Positions 59,926-64,000 of a stretch of DNA of 64,000 nucleotides are shown here, one piece after another (position 1 is the first letter of the stretch; every line of letters begins with the position of its first letter). The stretch is taken from NCBI GenBank assembly GCA_033763315.1, contig JANRKS010000011.1:1-64000 (forward strand), written 5' to 3'. The position numbers and the translations under genes are program-made. The notes beneath the pieces are model-generated. The model was given only the letters and a program-made list of their open reading frames with translations. It had not been told where the DNA came from and searched no databases. The stretch comes from Deltaproteobacteria bacterium (GTDB lineage Bacteria; Myxococcota_A; Polyangia; Fen-1088).

Positions 59926-60792
59926 ATGCCATCCGTCGACCCGCGCATCATCGATCTTTACAACGAGTATGTTCACTCGTCGCTGCCGCGCAGAGACTTC
60001 ATCACTCGCCTCGCCGAATTAGCTGGTGGCGCTGCGGCCGCAGCCGCGGTTTTGCCTCTCATCGAGCCCAATTACGCCTACGGCAGGCAAGTCGACGAAA
60101 AAGACAAGCGCATCACAACGAGCTACGTCGAATACGCGGCACCCTCAGGCAAAGTTAAAGCTTACCTGGCGAAGCCAAAGCGCAAGGGCAAGTTTGCGGC
60201 CGTGCTTGTCATTCACGAAAACCGCGGCCTCAACGCTCACATTGAAGACGTGGCCCGCCGGGTTGCGCTTCAAGGCTACCTGGCATTGGCTCCGGATGGC
60301 TTGAGCTTGGCCGGCGGCGCGCCGGTTGATCAAGAAGCCGCGCGTGACCTCTTCGCTAAAAACGATCGCGAGCGAATCACGGCCGACGTTGTGGCGGGTC
60401 TACCTTTCCTCGCAAGCCACCCTGATGGTGACGGCAAGATTGGCACCGTAGGCTTTTGCTACGGCGGCGGCGTGGCGGTGCGGGCGGCGGTTGATGCCCC
60501 CTCGGTGCTTGCCGCGGTTTCGTTCTACGGATCGGCGTTGCCGTCGGAGGAGGTTCCGAAGTTGAAGGCGCCGGTGTTGGCCCACTATGCCGGCACCGAT
60601 GAACGCATCAACGCGGCGGTGCCAGAGTTTCGCAAAGCGCTTGAGGCCAACCAAGTCGCTTACAGCTTGAACTGGTACCCAGGAACCCAGCACGGCTTTC
60701 ACAACGATGCCAGTGAAGGCCGCTACAATGAAGCTGCTGCGAAATTGGCCTGGACGCGCACCGTTGCGTTTTTTAAAGCCTACCTGACGTAA
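59926..60792 (+). CDS. dienelactone hydrolase family protein (YghX-like, Tat-like leader)
   Basis: RRDFI; IHENRGLN; GFCYGG; HGFHND. Confidence 0.93.
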   Translation: MPSVDPRIIDLYNEYVHSSLPRRDFITRLAELAGGAAAAAAVLPLIEPNYAYGRQVDEKDKRITTSYVEYAAPSGKVKAYLAKPKRKGKFAAVLVIHENRGLNAHIEDVARRVALQGYLALAPDGLSLAGGAPVDQEAARDLFAKNDRERITADVVAGLPFLASHPDGDGKIGTVGFCYGGGVAVRAAVDAPSVLAAVSFYGSALPSEEVPKLKAPVLAHYAGTDERINAAVPEFRKALEANQVAYSLNWYPGTQHGFHNDASEGRYNEAAAKLAWTRTVAFFKAYLT

Positions 60793-60857
60793 GCCATCGC
60801 GTTGACACAGAGCGAGCGTTAGACCCTCTCTGTGCCAGCACGATGCCAAAATTGTTC

Positions 60858-63320
60858 CTACCACCAACGCGTCGTCAATGACACGCCCACCGTCAACGGA
60901 TCGCCATAGAACGTCACGGCGCCGGTGGCGTTGCGCGCGCCCGGCAGACTGTGGTTGCGGTACTTTTCATCAAGCAGGTTGTTTGCGTAGAACGTGAGCG
61001 TCACTTTCTCGTCGGCACTCACCAGCGATACACGCGCGTTCACGAGTGAGTAGGCGCCCTGGCCAAGCAGCGGGTTGTCTTGGTTCGTGGTGAAGTGGTA
61101 CTGCTTCGTTTGAAAGCGCCAGTCGCCCGCCAGCACCAGTGCTTGACGCGCGATGGGAATGCGGTAGTCGGCGCGAAAAAGCGTTGACCAGCGCGGGGCG
61201 CGCACGAATTCGCTCTTGTTTGAATAGTCTTGATCAGAATTGAAGACCTTAAAATCTGTGAACTTCGTGTTGAGGTAACCCACGCTGCCGCCAAAGTGAA
61301 AGTTCGTGAACGGCACGCCTTCGAGCTCTAGCTCGGCGCCATCGGAACGGCCACGTTTGACGTTCTGAAGGTAGGACACGGCCACGTTCGTGGGTGGCAA
61401 AGGGCCCACCACGTTCACTTGGATGTCGCGGTAGTCGTAGTGGAACGCCGATGCGTTCGCTGTGAGGCGGTTGTCAAACCAGCTTGTCTTCGCGCCGGCC
61501 TCGTAGGCATTCAGTTTCTCGGGTTCAACCACGTTCAACGCCGCCAGCGTCGTGGCCGCTGTATTGAAACCACCAGACTTCACGCCGCGGGCATAACGTA
61601 GATAGACGCGCGCGTTCTTGTTGATGTCGAACGTCGGGGTGACGTCGCCCGTAAAGTTGTTCCACGTCTTCGACAGGTTTTGGTCGTAATTGGTTTCGGA
61701 ATTAAGGGGACTGCTGACCGATCTGCGAAGCCACCACTGCCCGACGTCGAAGAACGTTGCGGGTGAACTGTTGGCCACCCTGTTGATGTCCAAATCGCGG
61801 GTTTCCGTTGTCCACCGCAGCCCCGCCGTCAAACTCAGTTGTTGGGTGAAGTTATAGGTTCCGCTACCGAACGCCGCCAGACTCTTGGCGGTATGGTCAA
61901 ACAGAGTGTTGCTGTAATTTGTGGGCCCCGGGCCTGCCGCTGCGCCGGGCAGCTTGGCCGTGGATGCCGAGCGGTTGATGTCTTCATAGAAGCCGAACAA
62001 GCCACCCACCCAGTTGAAGCGATCGGCGCGCGGCGATGCCAACCGAAGCTCTTGCGTGAACTGCGTCGAGCGGGCGCGCGACCAGCCGCGGCTGATTTCA
62101 AGCGGTGTGTAATCGCTGTCGGTGAGCGCCACGTCCCGGAATTGTTCGTATGCGGAGATGGAAGTCAACGTCAGCTGGCGCAGTTGCCACTTCACATTGA
62201 CCACCGAGCCTTCTTGTAAAGTGTTTCCCGTGTTGGGTGCGTTTGTATTGACCTTGTTGCTATCGGCACTGGGCACGTATCCCGCAAGATAGCCTCCGTC
62301 CGCGGCGTTGCTGGTCACCGTGGCAAGCGAACCCGCCGTGGTGTAATCCCTGAAGTGAACGTTGGCGTTGACTTCAAGGTTGTCGGTGATGCGGCCAAGC
62401 AGCTGCAACCGCACGGCCCCATCCTGAAATTCGCCGTCCTTGCGGTTGTCACGGTAGATGTTCTCAAAACGACCGTCGCGCTTTTCGTAGCTGAAGGACG
62501 CCCGCGCGGCCAAGCGGTTTTCCCAAATCGTTCCGCCCGACGCGCCTTGCACGAGGCGGTTGTTGAACGAGCCGTAATCGATTTTAAGGTAGCCATCGTT
62601 GGCGAACGTTGGCCTGCGGCTGACCACGCCTATGGCGCCGCCGGTTGTGTTCTTGCCCCACAAAGTGCCCTGTGGTCCACGCAAAACCTCCACGCGCTCG
62701 AGATCAAACAGCGGGAAACCCGTGGCGCTCGCATTGCTTATGTAGACTTCGTCCAAGTAGAAGCCGATGGGGTTCGAGAAATCCAGCTGCTGCTGGCCCG
62801 TGCCTACGCCACGGATCCACCAGCGCGGCCGGCCGTGCTGTTGCGTGGCCGCGGATGCGTTCGGGACGTAGTTTAGAACGTCCGCTGAGGTCCGACCGAT
62901 CCCCGTATCAATGAGGTCGTCGCCTGACAGCGCCGTGATGGCCGTCGATACCTTCTGCAAAGATGCTTCTCGGCGTTCAGCCGTAACCACCAACTCTTTG
63001 AGTTGTGAGGCGACGCCGGCTTTCACATCCGGTGGCGGGCCTTCAACTAGCGCGTCGCTGCCGCTTGAGGCGGGGGGCGCAGCGGGGGCAGGCGCGGGGG
63101 CAGAGGCCTCGACCGGCGAAGTGGTTGGCTGCGCCGCGGGCGTCGACGGCGCACCGGCGGCCTCGCTGGGTGGATCGCTGCCTGGCGTTTGTGCGAAGCA
63201 CGGCGTGGAAACCGTTGAAGCAAGGAACGCAAGTGTGCCTCCGCATAGCGCGCTTACAATTTTGCTGCGTACAATTGGGGGGCTGGGATGATGAGTGATG
63301 TTGTGCGTTTCCTGGCTCAC
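60858..63320 (-). CDS. TonB-dependent receptor
   Basis: AAGGAG + GTG 63320; ELVVTA TonB box; DLERVEVLRGPQGTLWGKN; NNLLDEKY; terminal Trp. Confidence 0.95.
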   Translation of the reverse strand: MSQETHNITHHPSPPIVRSKIVSALCGGTLAFLASTVSTPCFAQTPGSDPPSEAAGAPSTPAAQPTTSPVEASAPAPAPAAPPASSGSDALVEGPPPDVKAGVASQLKELVVTAERREASLQKVSTAITALSGDDLIDTGIGRTSADVLNYVPNASAATQQHGRPRWWIRGVGTGQQQLDFSNPIGFYLDEVYISNASATGFPLFDLERVEVLRGPQGTLWGKNTTGGAIGVVSRRPTFANDGYLKIDYGSFNNRLVQGASGGTIWENRLAARASFSYEKRDGRFENIYRDNRKDGEFQDGAVRLQLLGRITDNLEVNANVHFRDYTTAGSLATVTSNAADGGYLAGYVPSADSNKVNTNAPNTGNTLQEGSVVNVKWQLRQLTLTSISAYEQFRDVALTDSDYTPLEISRGWSRARSTQFTQELRLASPRADRFNWVGGLFGFYEDINRSASTAKLPGAAAGPGPTNYSNTLFDHTAKSLAAFGSGTYNFTQQLSLTAGLRWTTETRDLDINRVANSSPATFFDVGQWWLRRSVSSPLNSETNYDQNLSKTWNNFTGDVTPTFDINKNARVYLRYARGVKSGGFNTAATTLAALNVVEPEKLNAYEAGAKTSWFDNRLTANASAFHYDYRDIQVNVVGPLPPTNVAVSYLQNVKRGRSDGAELELEGVPFTNFHFGGSVGYLNTKFTDFKVFNSDQDYSNKSEFVRAPRWSTLFRADYRIPIARQALVLAGDWRFQTKQYHFTTNQDNPLLGQGAYSLVNARVSLVSADEKVTLTFYANNLLDEKYRNHSLPGARNATGAVTFYGDPLTVGVSLTTRWW

Positions 63321-63378
63321 AGAAGACTCCTTCAGGTCGGTTGCTTTTCCCCGCAAAGGCGAGGGGTCGTGGCCGGAC

Positions 63379-63394
63379 TGCACGTGTAGTGCCA
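63379..63394 (-). promoter_or_regulatory. sigma-54 promoter of the TonB-dependent receptor
   Basis: TGGCAC-TACAC-GTGCA on the minus strand. Confidence 0.7.
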
Positions 63395-63442
63395 AGTCGT
63401 CGATGATTCGTGACTCGGCTTTACAACCGCGGAGCGAGGGCG

Positions 63443-63495
63443 TGCTGTTCGCAGAGCAGCAGGGTCGCTGTTTAAGTGCTGTTCGCGAAGCAGGT
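63443..63495. promoter_or_regulatory. two TGCTGYTC-N3-GARCAGCA-like palindromic sites
   Basis: TGCTGTTC-GCA-GAGCAGCA (63443) and TGCTGTTC-GCG-AAGCAGGT (63477), 34 bp apart. Confidence 0.6.
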
Positions 63496-63712
63496 CATGT
63501 TCACCAAGCACCTTTAGGCTGTGTCGGCCATGATCATTTCGTGGGCACAGGCGTTGCAACGCGAAGACCTAGGTAGCGGCAGCAAGTTGAGGCACTTATG
63601 TCGCGCGTTGGGTGGGCGGGAAAACGGGAGCGTGCTGTTGGTGGCACGCTCCCGTTTGGTCTTTTGTGGTTTATGCCCTGGCAAAGGCGCGGCCACTTTT
63701 CCGTATGCGCCT

Positions 63713-63728
63713 TGGTCTCGTTCCTGCA
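63713..63728 (+). promoter_or_regulatory. possible sigma-54 promoter of the DszB-like gene
   Basis: TGGTCT-CGTTC-CTGCA (GG-N10-GC); alternative GGGCAC-AGGCG-TTGCA at 63543-63558. Confidence 0.5.
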
Positions 63729-63755
63729 GTGCCAGCGGCCAAGGAGATTTCACCC

Positions 63756-64000
63756 ATGAGCAAGATCGATACGTTGTGGTTTACACGTTGCCCTGTGCCC
63801 ACTGCCACCGGGCTCGCGTACAAACTTGGCTGGTTCGACGAAGAGTTCGCGGCTGACGGCATCAAGGTTAAAACCCTGCAGGACAACCGTGAGCTTGGTC
63901 GCCACCACTACGACCATGAGCTCAGTACGCTTATCCGTGAAGGTGGCAATCTGTTTGCGATTCCGGCTCACGGGCAGGGCGCGTCCACAAAACTTGTGGG
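63756..64000 (+). CDS. DszB-like / sulfonate-binding-protein-fold protein (partial; not in ORF track)
   Basis: AAGGAG RBS; MSKIDTLWFTRCPVPTATGLAYKLGWFDEEF...HYDH...REGGN; runs off the right edge. Confidence 0.8.
   Translation, partial: MSKIDTLWFTRCPVPTATGLAYKLGWFDEEFAADGIKVKTLQDNRELGRHHYDHELSTLIREGGNLFAIPAHGQGASTKLV

Noticed and set aside
60833-60848. Sigma-54-like TGGCATCGTGCTGGCA on the minus strand after the receptor stop
   Set aside because: Points antisense into the hydrolase with no gene to drive; imperfect -12 element; likely chance

Overview
GC-rich bacterial chromosomal window, most likely Myxococcota (MYXO-CTERM tail, AgmX/PglI-type domain, Ser/Thr kinase-PEGA module, DUF1592/DUF1552 pairs, Gly-rich lipoprotein linkers). 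About 50 CDS; I found no rRNA, tRNA, CRISPR or transposase. Main blocks: (1) 1.1-4.5 kb, a tandemly duplicated cassette of palindromic upstream site, sigma-54 promoter, cyclic-dinucleotide (GEMM-I) riboswitch overlapping the RBS, lipoprotein with 8 NGLxxx repeats, and terminator. (2) 4.5-30.5 kb, a glycan-use-like region with AraC regulators, GH2, Tat-exported GH42, DUF1080, a propeller histidine kinase, two NarL-type regulators and three heme-c/DUF gene pairs. (3) 46.4-51.6 kb, an ECF sigma / anti-sigma / exported caspase module. (4) A putative sigma-54 sulfur-starvation regulon split over 36.4-37.8 kb and 51.6-64 kb. It has a shared upstream palindrome, proteins nearly free of Met/Cys, a RibB homologue lacking catalytic residues, a DszB-like protein and signs of decay (in-frame amber, truncated ABC ATPase). 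All calls are by eye; no database search was run.
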